A stretch of 36,782 bases of DNA from an uncultured Neorhizobium sp. (lineage in GTDB: Bacteria > Pseudomonadota > Alphaproteobacteria > Rhizobiales > Rhizobiaceae): assembly GCA_964396135.1 (NCBI GenBank), contig CAYNED010000002.1, positions 1-36,782 on the forward strand, given 5' to 3'. The position numbers and the translations under genes are program-made. This document shows positions 1 through 9,252 of this stretch, in pieces. How positions within the stretch are numbered: position 1 is the stretch's first letter; every line of letters starts with the position of its first letter. The notes beneath the pieces are model-generated. The model saw nothing but the letters and a program-made list of their open reading frames with translations, ran no database searches and was not told where the DNA came from.

Positions 1-405
1 CCGCAGATTGAACTGCAATCGGACATACACTGCGTGACAACCTGGTCCCGATACGACAACGCCTGGACCGGCGTCTCCACGCGTGCGCTGCTGGACGCGG
101 TCGATCCAAAGCCGGAAGCGACCGCGGTGATGCTGACGAGCTACGACGGCTACACCACCAACCTTCTGCTTTCCGATTTTGCCGTCGAAGATGCGCTGCT
201 TGTCCATCGGTGGCAGGGCGAGCCACTCTCGGCGGAACATGGCGGCCCGCTACGGCTCGTGGTGCCGCATCTTTATTTCTGGAAAAGCGCCAAGTGGCTG
301 AACCGGATTGAATTCCTTTCCGCCGACAGCGCCGGCTTTTGGGAACAAAACGGTTACCACATGCGCGGCGACCCTTGGGCGGAGGAGCGCTATTCGCAAG
401 ATTGA
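1..405 (+). CDS. Sulfite oxidase-like molybdopterin-dependent oxidoreductase (MsrP/YedY-like), 5'-truncated by window edge
   Basis: Frame open from base 1: PQIELQSDIHCVTTWS (Mo-ligand Cys), GYTTNL, EHGGPLRLVVPHLYFWKSAKW, GFWEQNGYH; stop TGA at 403-405. Confidence 0.88.
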   Translation, partial: PQIELQSDIHCVTTWSRYDNAWTGVSTRALLDAVDPKPEATAVMLTSYDGYTTNLLLSDFAVEDALLVHRWQGEPLSAEHGGPLRLVVPHLYFWKSAKWLNRIEFLSADSAGFWEQNGYHMRGDPWAEERYSQD

Positions 406-414
406 TTGACGCAG

Positions 415-1305
415 CTAGGCTTGCGTTTCTTCGCGAAGGAAATTGATCAGGCCGGAGAAATCGTCGTCACCATGACCGCGCCTGGAAAATTCCTCGTAGA
501 GCGCGGCCGCGTGCGCTCCCATCTCAGTCATTGCCCCTGCCGCGGTCGCCGCCTCCTGAGAGAGCTTGAGGTCCTTTAGCATCAGCGCCGCCGCGAAACC
601 TGGCTTGTAGCCATTGTTGGCGGGCGATGTCGGCACAGGTCCGGGTACTGGGCAATAGGTCGTCAGTGACCAGCACTGCCCCGAGGATGTGGAAGCAACG
701 TCGAAAAGCGCCTGATGCGAAAGGCCCAATTTCTCAGCTAGGACGAAGGCTTCGCAGACACCCGCCATGGTGATGCCGAGGATCATGTTGTTGCAGATCT
801 TGGCGGCCTGCCCGGCACCGGCATCGCCGCAGTGGACGATGCGCTTGCCCATTGCCTGAAGGATGGCTTCTCCCCTTGCGAACGCCGCTTCTTCACCACC
901 GACCATGAAAGTAAGCGTGCCTGCCGCCGCTCCGACGGTACCGCCGGACACAGGGGCGTCTAGCGACAAGCAGCTTGCCTCCTTCGCCAGAAGGTGCGCC
1001 CTGCGGGCGCTTTCCACGTCAATGGTGGAGCAGTCGATCAGCAGCGTTCCTGGCTTCAGGGCCGAAGATATCTCGCTCCAGACGGTAAGTACGTGCTGGC
1101 CGGCAGGTAGCATCGTCACGACGACATCGGCATCTTTCGCCGCGTCCACCGGCGACGAAGCAATCGACACGCCCTTCCCCTCGGCCGCCTGGCAAGATTG
1201 CCGCGAAAGGTCGAAGCCTATGACATCATGGTCGGCTTTCACAAGATTGGCGGCCATAGGACCGCCCATGTTGCCGAGGCCGATAAACGCGATGCGTGTT
1301 GCCAT
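415..1305 (-). CDS. mmsB: 3-hydroxyisobutyrate dehydrogenase
   Basis: FIGLGNMGGPMA Rossmann motif, DAPVSGG, AGQAAKICNNM, SSGQCWSL..YCPVPG; ATG at 1305 follows a GGGAGGA RBS. Confidence 0.93.
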   Translation of the reverse strand: MATRIAFIGLGNMGGPMAANLVKADHDVIGFDLSRQSCQAAEGKGVSIASSPVDAAKDADVVVTMLPAGQHVLTVWSEISSALKPGTLLIDCSTIDVESARRAHLLAKEASCLSLDAPVSGGTVGAAAGTLTFMVGGEEAAFARGEAILQAMGKRIVHCGDAGAGQAAKICNNMILGITMAGVCEAFVLAEKLGLSHQALFDVASTSSGQCWSLTTYCPVPGPVPTSPANNGYKPGFAAALMLKDLKLSQEAATAAGAMTEMGAHAAALYEEFSRRGHGDDDFSGLINFLREETQA

Positions 1306-1470
1306 GTACTTCCTCCCTTGATCAGGCGGAGACATGGCTCCTGCTCCACCCGCCTCCTTTCGCTCAATCGCGCAGTTGCGATCGCGCCTTTCTCCTCAAT
1401 TAGACGCCTTCTGGTGTCGCATAGGAAAGAAGCTTATGCCAGAGCAGGTGTCGGCGCCCGACGCCTATCC

Positions 1471-2538
1471 TCAACGCTCCAAAGCAACTGACTTGATCAC
1501 CGCAAAGGCCGCCTGCCCAACCGAAAGCTGCAGCCTCTCTGCGGAGAAGCTTGTGATGCGCGCGAGGATCTGGTCGCCGCCGCAGTCTATCGTCACACCG
1601 ACCGTTCCCTGATCCCTCACGAGGGCAGTGATCTTCCCCTGAAGGATGTTCAGCGCGCTTAGTCCCACCGGCTTCATAGTGGCGATCATCACGTCCCGCT
1701 CCGGAAGGTGAAGGCGAACCGCTCGTCCGACCGTCAGCCCGGACTCGGGCAAAAGCAGAGACCTCTCTTGTAGCCTGATGCTTGCAAGTCCCGTCGCTGC
1801 ATCAAAACCTTCGACAATCCCGGTCAGCACGCTTCCCGCATCCCGAGAGGCAAGCAGTGACGGAGTTTGGCTGGCAAAGACGTGGTTCGGATCTCCCACC
1901 GCCGCCACCCGACCATCCCGCATCAGCACCACCCGGTCTGAAAGGCGGGTCACTTCGGCAACCGAATGACTGACATAAATGATCGGCACTCCTGCCTCGT
2001 CACGCAGCCGCTCCAGATAAGGCAGGATTTCCCCCTTGCGCTCGTCATCCAGCGCCGCGAGCGGCTCATCCATCAAAAGAAGGCGCGGTGCGCTCAGGAG
2101 CGCACGACCAATCGCCACCCGTTGCTGCTCACCCCCGGAAAGCGCAGCAGGATCCCGATCCAGCAACCGCGACACACCGAGCATTTCGACAACCCGGCCA
2201 AACTCATCCCGCCGCAGAGGAGCGCGCGAAAGCCACCGGCCATAGGTGAGATTCCGGCGGACGCTCAGATGAGGAAACAACCGAGCTTCCTGAAAGACAT
2301 AGCCAAACTGCCGCCGGTGCGGTTTGACGAAGCTGTTGCTGCCCGTGTCGAGAAGCACCTCGTCATCCAGAACAACTTTTCCGTGGATTGGTCGAACCAG
2401 CCCAGCGATGATCCGCATCAACGATGTCTTGCCGGAGCCCGATCGGCCAAATAAAGCAGTCACCCCGCCGTCGGCCGTAAAGTTTGCATCAAGCTTGAAG
2501 CTGCCGAACTCATGCCTGGCCTCTACCATCAGCGACAT
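1471..2538 (-). CDS. modC: Molybdate ABC transporter ATP-binding protein
   Basis: GRSGSGKT Walker A, GYVFQEARLFPHL, LSGGEQQRVAIGRALL, C-terminal LSALN and TOBE domain; ATG overlaps the modB stop (TGATG), so the longer ORF-track start is rejected. Confidence 0.93.
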   Translation of the reverse strand: MSLMVEARHEFGSFKLDANFTADGGVTALFGRSGSGKTSLMRIIAGLVRPIHGKVVLDDEVLLDTGSNSFVKPHRRQFGYVFQEARLFPHLSVRRNLTYGRWLSRAPLRRDEFGRVVEMLGVSRLLDRDPAALSGGEQQRVAIGRALLSAPRLLLMDEPLAALDDERKGEILPYLERLRDEAGVPIIYVSHSVAEVTRLSDRVVLMRDGRVAAVGDPNHVFASQTPSLLASRDAGSVLTGIVEGFDAATGLASIRLQERSLLLPESGLTVGRAVRLHLPERDVMIATMKPVGLSALNILQGKITALVRDQGTVGVTIDCGGDQILARITSFSAERLQLSVGQAAFAVIKSVALER

Positions 2539-3236
2539 CAGGCAGCACCTCTGCGGGCAAAAAGACGGGCAAGTGCATCCGACGCCAGAAGTGCGCCGAA
2601 GGAGATCGCTATCGCGACCACAGTCAAACGCATTGCACCCGCGTCGCCGCCTGGAACCTGAGTCAGAGTGTAGATTGCAGCGGCGAGCGTCTGCGTCTCG
2701 CCGGGGATGTTTGACACGAAGGTGATCGTCGCACCGAATTCGCCCATGGCCTTCGCGAAGGAGAGGATCATGCCGGCAGCGATGCCGGGCAGGGCGAGCG
2801 GAAGCGTCACAGTGACGAAGGTCCATAAAGGCCCGGCACCGAGAGTACCTGCTGCCTCCTCGAGCTTCTGATCAATCGCCTCGATCGACAGTCGGATCGA
2901 GCGGACCATCAATGGGAAGCCCATAATGGCACAAGCAAGCGCTGCACCAGTCCATCTGAAGGAGAAGCTGATGCCGAACCAGTCATAAAGGAAACTACCG
3001 ACGGCGCCACGCCGACCGAAGGTGATGAGCAGCAGGAAGCCAGTAACTACCGGTGGCAGGATCAGAGGCAGATGAACGAAACCATTCAGGATCGACTTGC
3101 CCCAGAACTGTCCTCGCGCGAGCAGGTGAGCGACGAGGATGCCGGGTGGCAAACTGCAGATCATAGCGACAGATGCGACCTTGAGGCTCAGCCTGACTGC
3201 CACCCATTCCTCCTCGCTCAGTGTCAGCCACTCCAT
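2538..3236 (-). CDS. modB: Molybdate ABC transporter permease
   Basis: HLPLILPPVVTG, EEAAGTLGA (EAA motif), GEFGATITFVSNIPGETQT; GGAGGA RBS upstream. Confidence 0.93.
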   Translation of the reverse strand: MEWLTLSEEEWVAVRLSLKVASVAMICSLPPGILVAHLLARGQFWGKSILNGFVHLPLILPPVVTGFLLLITFGRRGAVGSFLYDWFGISFSFRWTGAALACAIMGFPLMVRSIRLSIEAIDQKLEEAAGTLGAGPLWTFVTVTLPLALPGIAAGMILSFAKAMGEFGATITFVSNIPGETQTLAAAIYTLTQVPGGDAGAMRLTVVAIAISFGALLASDALARLFARRGAA

Positions 3237-3345
3237 TCCGTCCTCCGCGCCCGCCCGACGTCTCTGCCATTGCCAACTCCGCCAGCCATCCGAACCGATA
3301 ACGTGGAGCTCCGAGAAAGGCCAGTTATGCCGAGGTGCTCCAGTT

Positions 3346-3370
3346 GGAACATTCGCAAGTTCCCGCCGTT
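3346..3370 (+). promoter_or_regulatory. EcfG/RpoE2-type general stress response promoter
   Basis: GGAAC-N16-CGTT, a full match to the alphaproteobacterial EcfG consensus, ending 39 nt before the ATG of a DUF892 gene. Confidence 0.85.
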
Positions 3371-3409
3371 TAAGCGGCGACGAACTATGACAGGAAATGG
3401 AGAAAACCT

Positions 3410-3925
3410 ATGGCTGATACCAGCGCAACCCGCGAAGTCTTTGTGACCGGGCTCAAGAACGCCCACGCTATGGAAAACCAGGCGCTCTCAATCATGAAGC
3501 CTCAGGTTTCGCGTATTGAAAACTATCCCGAAGTCGCACGTCGCCTCGAAGAGCACATTCGCGAGACTGAAGGTCAGATGACCCGGATTGAAGAGCTTCT
3601 TCGGCAGCTTGATGAAAGCCACTCCTCGCTCAAGGACATGGCCCTCTCCTTCACCGGAGGTATGGCAGCGATGGGCCACACGGTAGCCGGCGACGAGATC
3701 CTCAAGAATTCCTTCGCGAACTACGCTTTCGAACACTTCGAAATTGCTGCATACAAGTCGCTTATCACCGTAGCCGAAGCGGGTGGGTTCTCCTTCGCGA
3801 CATCTGCCTTGCAGACGAACCTGCAGGAAGAGCAGAGCATGGCGAAGTGGATCGACGACAATCTGGCAACTGTCACGACCACCTATCTCAGTCTGCGCGA
3901 AGCAGGTGAGACCGCAAAGATCTAG
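3410..3925 (+). CDS. DUF892 (YciE/YciF-like) ferritin-like stress protein
   Basis: GLKNAHAMENQA, HIRETEGQ, DEILKN..NYAFEHFEIAAYKSL, NLQEEQSMA: ferritin-like four-helix metal-ligand pattern; GGAGA RBS. Confidence 0.88.
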   Translation: MADTSATREVFVTGLKNAHAMENQALSIMKPQVSRIENYPEVARRLEEHIRETEGQMTRIEELLRQLDESHSSLKDMALSFTGGMAAMGHTVAGDEILKNSFANYAFEHFEIAAYKSLITVAEAGGFSFATSALQTNLQEEQSMAKWIDDNLATVTTTYLSLREAGETAKI

Positions 3926-3962
3926 GTCCTGTGAATGGTGAAGCAGCGCATTTAGCTCTGCT

Positions 3963-4907
3963 TCACTTATTCGCGTTGCGCCCCCTTAATTTTCTCCGCG
4001 CGAGGCTGGTCGGTTCCGGCAATCGATCGCCCTCCAACGAGGCAAATAGCCATTCAATGAAGACCCGAACGATGGGCGCCGCTCGCATCTCGTGGCGGCA
4101 TGCCACATAGAACGCATCATTGGCCGGCACGCTCAGATCGAAGGGAACCAGAAGCTCCCCGTCCGCAATAAGCTTTGCCGCAGTGATTGTGTCGCCCAAA
4201 GCAACGCCTTGACCTTGCAGAGCCGCTTCAGTTGAGAAGCGCGCATCACCCATGAAGTGTTGCCGGCGCCTGGAAAAAATCTCACCCTCCGCGGCCGCCA
4301 GCCATGTATTCCACTCCCTTCCGTCTGAATCTCCGTGCAGCAGCACATGGTCCCCCAGATCGCGCATCGAGCGCAGCGGTTGGCTGTTGAGCAAGGTGGG
4401 GCTCGCCACCGGAAAAAGATGAAGATTGCTCCAGAGCCTGGTCCAGGCATCGGGCCAGTTGCCGTCGCCGTAAAGGATACACACGTCCACGTCGGATGAA
4501 TGAAGGTGGCCGGCGTCGTTTGACGCAGCGAGCTTCAAGGTGACATCCGGATACTGATCCGTAAAAGAGGACAGCCGCGGAACGATCCAGAACGACAGAA
4601 GGGCCGGAACGCAGGCGATTGACAGCTCACCGCTTGTGGCGGGCCTCTTCATCTGTGCCGTGGCAGACGCTATGCCGTTGAATGCCTGCGTCACTGCCGG
4701 CAGCAATAACGCGCCCGCAGCCGTGAGCTTCAGTCGCTTTCCGCCGCGTTCGAAGAGTATCGCATCAAGCGACTCCTCCAGTGCTTTGATCTGATGGCTC
4801 ACGGCCCCGTGCGTAACACGCAGTTCTCGTGCGGCTGCTGAGACCGATGCCAGGCGCGCGGTTGCTTCAAAAGCTCGAAGAGGGTTGAGCGGCGGCAGGC
4901 GGCTCAT
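3963..4907 (-). CDS. LysR-family (GcvA-like) transcriptional regulator
   Basis: RLPPLNPLRAFEATARLASVSAAARELRVTHGAVSHQIKALEE helix-turn-helix; divergent from the ureohydrolase operon. Confidence 0.93.
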   Translation of the reverse strand: MSRLPPLNPLRAFEATARLASVSAAARELRVTHGAVSHQIKALEESLDAILFERGGKRLKLTAAGALLLPAVTQAFNGIASATAQMKRPATSGELSIACVPALLSFWIVPRLSSFTDQYPDVTLKLAASNDAGHLHSSDVDVCILYGDGNWPDAWTRLWSNLHLFPVASPTLLNSQPLRSMRDLGDHVLLHGDSDGREWNTWLAAAEGEIFSRRRQHFMGDARFSTEAALQGQGVALGDTITAAKLIADGELLVPFDLSVPANDAFYVACRHEMRAAPIVRVFIEWLFASLEGDRLPEPTSLARRKLRGRNANK

Positions 4908-4923
4908 CAGCGTATCCCGTCAT

Positions 4924-4940
4924 TGTGAGTTTTTCTCACA
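4924..4940. promoter_or_regulatory. Putative LysR recognition box
   Basis: Perfect dyad TGTGAG-N5-CTCACA containing T-N11-A (T4926..A4938), just upstream of the lysR start. Confidence 0.7.
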
Positions 4941-4962
4941 CCAGCTGCTAGAACATCATCAA

Positions 4963-5005
4963 TTGCATTTCCATCTCGATTTTGTCGATAATGCTCAAAA
5001 TCGAG
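4963..5005 (+). promoter_or_regulatory. Putative sigma70 promoter of the ureohydrolase operon, -10 enclosed by a 10-bp inverted repeat
   Basis: TTGCAT-N18-GATAAT; CTCGATTTTG (4975-4984) and CAAAATCGAG (4996-5005) flank the -10. Confidence 0.5.
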
Positions 5006-5060
5006 GCGCCGAAGATCCAGGAACCAATTTTAGGCACCATTAGGAAAGCAGCCGGACATC

Positions 5061-6119
5061 ATGCCCTTGGACAATGAGAAGCTTAATGAGCTCCGCAGTA
5101 AGTATGGCTCGGGTCACGGAGGTGAGCTGTACGACCCTGAGTTCCGCAAGGTAGCGGACAAGATATTCTCCAAGAGCGGCACACGGCTGGCGCCCTATGC
5201 AGGAGTACCGACCTTCGTCTCGGCACCTCACATGCCCGTCGATCCGGAAGAACCGGATTTCGGCAATCTGCAGGTCGCGATCACCGGTGTGCCGATGGAC
5301 CTTGGCGTTACCAACCGCCCTGGCTCCCGCTTTGGTCCCCGCGCGCTTCGTGCGGTCGAGCGCATTGGCCCCTACAATCACGTACTCAAAACGGCGCCCG
5401 TCTTCGATATGCGCGTAGCCGATATTGGCGACGTCCCGCTGCGCAGCCGCTACAACCTGGAAATGTGCCATCAGGACATCGAGAAGCGCTTCAACCAGAT
5501 CGTCGATGCGGGCGTTCTTCCGCTAGCGGTGGGTGGCGACCATTCCATCAGCCAGTCGATCCTCAAAGCGGTTGGGAAAAAGACGCCGGTCGGGATGATC
5601 CACATCGACGCCCACTGCGACACCAGCGGCGCCTTCGATCACAGCAAGTTCCATCATGCGGGCCCCTTCCGCAATGCTGTGCTGGATGGTGTTCTCGATC
5701 CAACGAGAACTATCCAGATCGGCATCCGAGGGGCTGCTGAATACATCTGGGAATTCTCCTATGCTTCGGGAATGACCGTTATCCATGCAGAAGATGTGTC
5801 GGGCATGGGCATGCCCGCGATCATCGAGAAAGCCAAGGCCGTCGTCGGCGACGGTCCGACCTACCTTTCCTTCGACATCGACAGCCTCGACCCGAGCTTT
5901 GCACCCGGCACCGGAACGCCTGAGATCGGCGGCTTGACGACGCGAGAAGTTCTTGAGTTGATCCGCGGCCTCAAGGGGATCAATCTCGTCGGCGGAGATG
6001 TGGTGGAGGTGGCGCCGCAATATGACGCGACGAGCAACACCGCGCAGGCGGGCGCCCAGATGCTGTTTGAAATTCTCAGCCTGATGGTGTTCAGCCCTTC
6101 CTTGAAGGGCGAAGACTGA
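5061..6119 (+). CDS. Ureohydrolase (agmatinase / guanidinopropionase / guanidinobutyrase family)
   Basis: GVPMDLGVTNRPGSRFGP, GGDHSIS, DAHCD, SFDIDSLDP..APGTGTP, VVEVAP binuclear Mn-site motifs; substrate cannot be determined from sequence. Confidence 0.9.
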   Translation: MPLDNEKLNELRSKYGSGHGGELYDPEFRKVADKIFSKSGTRLAPYAGVPTFVSAPHMPVDPEEPDFGNLQVAITGVPMDLGVTNRPGSRFGPRALRAVERIGPYNHVLKTAPVFDMRVADIGDVPLRSRYNLEMCHQDIEKRFNQIVDAGVLPLAVGGDHSISQSILKAVGKKTPVGMIHIDAHCDTSGAFDHSKFHHAGPFRNAVLDGVLDPTRTIQIGIRGAAEYIWEFSYASGMTVIHAEDVSGMGMPAIIEKAKAVVGDGPTYLSFDIDSLDPSFAPGTGTPEIGGLTTREVLELIRGLKGINLVGGDVVEVAPQYDATSNTAQAGAQMLFEILSLMVFSPSLKGED

Positions 6120-6192
6120 CATAAACTAACGACAAGAGTGGGAACTGGCTGCGCAGGCAAAAGAACCTGCCGGCACTTCAAAGGAGAACATC

Positions 6193-7281
6193 ATGCGCGA
6201 CATTCTGACAAGCAAAACCAGCCGGCGTGCAGTGCTGGGCGCGGGCCTGGCCGGCGCGTCCCTGCTCGCCATGCCGTCGATCCTGCGCGCGCAGAATCGC
6301 TCGCTCAAGGTTGGCGTCTACGGCGGCTACTTCAAGGACTCCTTCGACAAGAACATCTTTCCCGAGTTTACCAAAGCGACCGGTATCGCAGTTGAATCGG
6401 TTGCTGAGCCAACCGGGGAAGCCTGGTTGGTGCAACTGGAACAGGCAGCGCGCGCAGGACAGGCACCCGCTGACGTCTCGATGATGTCTCAGGTCGCGCT
6501 TCTCAAGGGCCAGAGCACCGACCTTTGGGCACCACTCGACATGGCGAAGATCGAGAATGCCTCCGGCCTGATCGATACCTTCATCAACAAGTATCCGGAC
6601 GGGCGTGTCGCTGGTATCGGCGCCGTCTCCTGGTACATCACGCTCGTTACCAACACGGATGTCTATCCGGAAGCACCGACGTCCTGGGAAGCTCTTTGGG
6701 ATCCGGCAAATGCCGACAAGCTCGGACTGCTGGCGCTCGTATCGAACTCCTTCCTTCTGGAAGTCACCGCCAAGACCCATTTCGGCGGAACCGACGTTCT
6801 GGCAACCGAGGAGGGCATCCTCAAGGTGTTCGACAAGCTTGCCGAGGTTAAACCCAATGTTCGCCTGTGGTATCGGGACGAGGCCCAGTTTGAGCAATCT
6901 CTCAAGTCCGGCGAGATTCCGATGGGGCAGTACTACCATGACGTCACGGGACTGGCAGCCGCAGATGGCAATCCCGTACGCTCTACTTTCCCTAAGGAGG
7001 GCGGCATTCTGGATTCCGGAAGCTGGGCAGTTTCACGTGCCTCGGAGAAGATCGAGGAAGCACATGAGTTCATCAACTACATGTGCCAGCCGGCAATCCA
7101 GGCTATCCTGTCGCGCAAGGTTGGAACCTCTCCAACCGTCAAGCGTGACCTACTCGACCTCACGGCCGAAGAATTCGCAGCCGTTTCATCTGAGATCGAT
7201 CCGATCATTCCGCGCTACGAGATGTATCAGAAGCAGTCCGACTTCCTGAACCAGAAGTGGACGGAAATGATCGCAGGTTAA
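6193..7281 (+). CDS. ABC transporter substrate-binding protein, PotD/PotF-like, Tat-exported
   Basis: Twin-arginine signal SRRAVLG..ILRAQ; YGGYF, PTSWEALWDP, FPKEGG, FINYM; AAGGAGA RBS. Confidence 0.88.
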   Translation: MRDILTSKTSRRAVLGAGLAGASLLAMPSILRAQNRSLKVGVYGGYFKDSFDKNIFPEFTKATGIAVESVAEPTGEAWLVQLEQAARAGQAPADVSMMSQVALLKGQSTDLWAPLDMAKIENASGLIDTFINKYPDGRVAGIGAVSWYITLVTNTDVYPEAPTSWEALWDPANADKLGLLALVSNSFLLEVTAKTHFGGTDVLATEEGILKVFDKLAEVKPNVRLWYRDEAQFEQSLKSGEIPMGQYYHDVTGLAAADGNPVRSTFPKEGGILDSGSWAVSRASEKIEEAHEFINYMCQPAIQAILSRKVGTSPTVKRDLLDLTAEEFAAVSSEIDPIIPRYEMYQKQSDFLNQKWTEMIAG

Positions 7282-7289
7282 TTCGATCA

Positions 7290-7318
7290 GCCACCCTCTC
7301 GCGTACCGGGAGGGTGGC
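7290..7318 (+). terminator. Intercistronic stem-loop after the SBP gene (mRNA stabiliser or partial terminator)
   Basis: GCCACCCTC-N11-GAGGGTGGC perfect 9-bp stem; no clean U-tract. Confidence 0.6.
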
Positions 7319-7363
7319 CAGTTCTTCCACCTCCTAAGGCTCCAGGAGCCACTCGCAGAGTAG

Positions 7364-8398
7364 ATGTCCGGACTTATCCTCAGCAACCTGACCAAACAGT
7401 TCGGCACCTTCAAGGCCGTGAACGATGTAAGTCTGTCCGTTCCGGACGGCACCTTCGTCTGCCTCCTTGGCCCCTCCGGCTGCGGCAAGACCACCTTGAT
7501 GCGCATGATCGCCGGGCTGGATCTGCCCACCAACGGCGCTATCACGTTGGGAGGTGAGGACATAACTGCCGTCCCGACGCATAAGCGCAATCTGGGCATG
7601 GTCTTCCAGTCGCTCGCGCTCTTTCCGCATCTGACGGTCGGTGAGAATATCGCCTATGCCCTGCGTATCCGCGGCGTCGGGAAGGCCGACCAGAAAAAGC
7701 GGGTGGACGAACTACTGGCGATGATCCATCTGCCGGGCTTCGCGGATCGTTCCGTCAATAAGCTTTCAGGTGGCCAGCGCCAGCGCATTGCCATCGCTCG
7801 CGCTCTTGCGATCTCGCCCAAACTCTTCCTGCTCGACGAGCCGCTCTCTGCGCTGGACGCAAAACTGCGCGAGGCGATGCAGGTTGAACTGCGCCAGTTG
7901 CAACAGCGTCTGGGTATCACCACCATCGTCGTTACTCACGATCAGCGGGAAGCCATGACCATGGCAGACACTGTCGTGGTGATGAATGGCGGCGAGATTC
8001 GTCAGGCGGCAGCACCCGTCGACATCTATCGACGACCGGCAGACTCCTTCGTCGCCGACTTCATCGGTTCGACTAATCTTATTCCGTTCACCGCTGACGC
8101 CTCTGGACAGGCTTCCGTCTTCGGTTCTACAGTGCACGGTCTGGCGCTTGGCGGGGCAAGAAGCGGCACTATTTCGGTTCGACCTGAGGACGTACAGGTC
8201 GTCGCGCCAGTTCCAGGGGCCCTCACCGGTACCGTTACATTCATCCGCGATCTTGGCGGCACTGTTGAGACGTTCATCGAGTCTGGAGGGCAACAGATCG
8301 TTGCCGTTTCCTCTCCTCGCTCACGTCCTGAGGTTTCTGTCGGTCAGACCGTGGGCTTACGATTTGACCCCGAGGCCAGTGTGGTGCTAGCCCGATGA
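7364..8398 (+). CDS. ABC transporter ATP-binding protein, PotA-like
   Basis: GPSGCGKT, VFQSLALFPH, LSGGQRQR, LLDEPLSALD, VTHDQ, C-terminal TOBE domain. Confidence 0.93.
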   Translation: MSGLILSNLTKQFGTFKAVNDVSLSVPDGTFVCLLGPSGCGKTTLMRMIAGLDLPTNGAITLGGEDITAVPTHKRNLGMVFQSLALFPHLTVGENIAYALRIRGVGKADQKKRVDELLAMIHLPGFADRSVNKLSGGQRQRIAIARALAISPKLFLLDEPLSALDAKLREAMQVELRQLQQRLGITTIVVTHDQREAMTMADTVVVMNGGEIRQAAAPVDIYRRPADSFVADFIGSTNLIPFTADASGQASVFGSTVHGLALGGARSGTISVRPEDVQVVAPVPGALTGTVTFIRDLGGTVETFIESGGQQIVAVSSPRSRPEVSVGQTVGLRFDPEASVVLAR

Positions 8399-9252
8399 GA
8401 CGGGAACCGCCGCAGCGGGCAGCCGATTATGGCCCTCTTTTCTTCCCGGCGGGGATGCTCATCGTCTTCTTCGTCATTCCCTTCGCCACCATGATTGCCG
8501 TCTCCTTCTTTGAGCGGCAGCAGGGAGGCTTTTACGAGCCCGCATTCGTGCTGGACAACTACGGTCGCTTCCTAAGCCTCTTCTTTGGCAAGGTTCTCGG
8601 CTTCTCGCTCTCATTGGCGATGGCAGTGGCGGCGGCCTGTGTCGTCATCGGCGTACCTTTCACCTATCTCCTCGCGCGATCGTCCCGTGCAACCCAGGTA
8701 TTTTGGCTCGTTGGGCTTCTTTCAATCCTCTCTTTATCGGAGGTGATGATCGGCTTTGCCTGGTCGACCTTGCTCTCCCGCACGGCAGGCATCACCAACC
8801 TGTTTGTCGTTGTGGGCTTGATGGAAGGGCCGCAGGCGCTGACACCCAGCTTTGGCGCGGTCATGACCGCCATGACCTACCAGGCACTGCCCTATACCGT
8901 CCTCGTCCTCTACCCTGCTCTGGTGCGACTTGACCCTACCCTGACGGAGGCCGCTCGGACGCTGGGGGCATCCCCGCCACGTGCTTTTTTCACCGTGGTC
9001 ATACCGGCGCTGCGAAACACTATCCTGGCAACGCTGATCATGGTCTTCATCTTTGCCCTTGGTTCCTACTTGCTGCCGCAACTGCTTGGCAGGCCGCAAC
9101 ACTGGACCCTCTCCGTACTCATCACGGATCAGGCAATCTACCAGTCCAATATGCCGTTCGCGGCAGCGATGGCCGTTTTCCTTGTGCTGGTTTCGCTGTC
9201 GCTTGTCGGGCTTGCTGTCTATGCCGGGCGCCAGAAGGAGGCCGCGAGATGA
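8395..9252 (+). CDS. ABC transporter permease, PotB-like
   Basis: About six hydrophobic segments, EAARTLGAS motif; ATGA overlap with upstream gene. Confidence 0.9.
   Translation: MRREPPQRAADYGPLFFPAGMLIVFFVIPFATMIAVSFFERQQGGFYEPAFVLDNYGRFLSLFFGKVLGFSLSLAMAVAAACVVIGVPFTYLLARSSRATQVFWLVGLLSILSLSEVMIGFAWSTLLSRTAGITNLFVVVGLMEGPQALTPSFGAVMTAMTYQALPYTVLVLYPALVRLDPTLTEAARTLGASPPRAFFTVVIPALRNTILATLIMVFIFALGSYLLPQLLGRPQHWTLSVLITDQAIYQSNMPFAAAMAVFLVLVSLSLVGLAVYAGRQKEAAR

Noticed and set aside
2539-2826. N-terminal extension of ModC in the ORF track
   Set aside because: It overlaps modB in another frame; TGATG coupling at 2538 gives a normal-length ModC.
5000-5060. Guanidine riboswitch ahead of the ureohydrolase
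   Set aside because: The leader is short and lacks tandem ACGR-loop hairpins or ykkC-like structure; LysR control is the simpler explanation.
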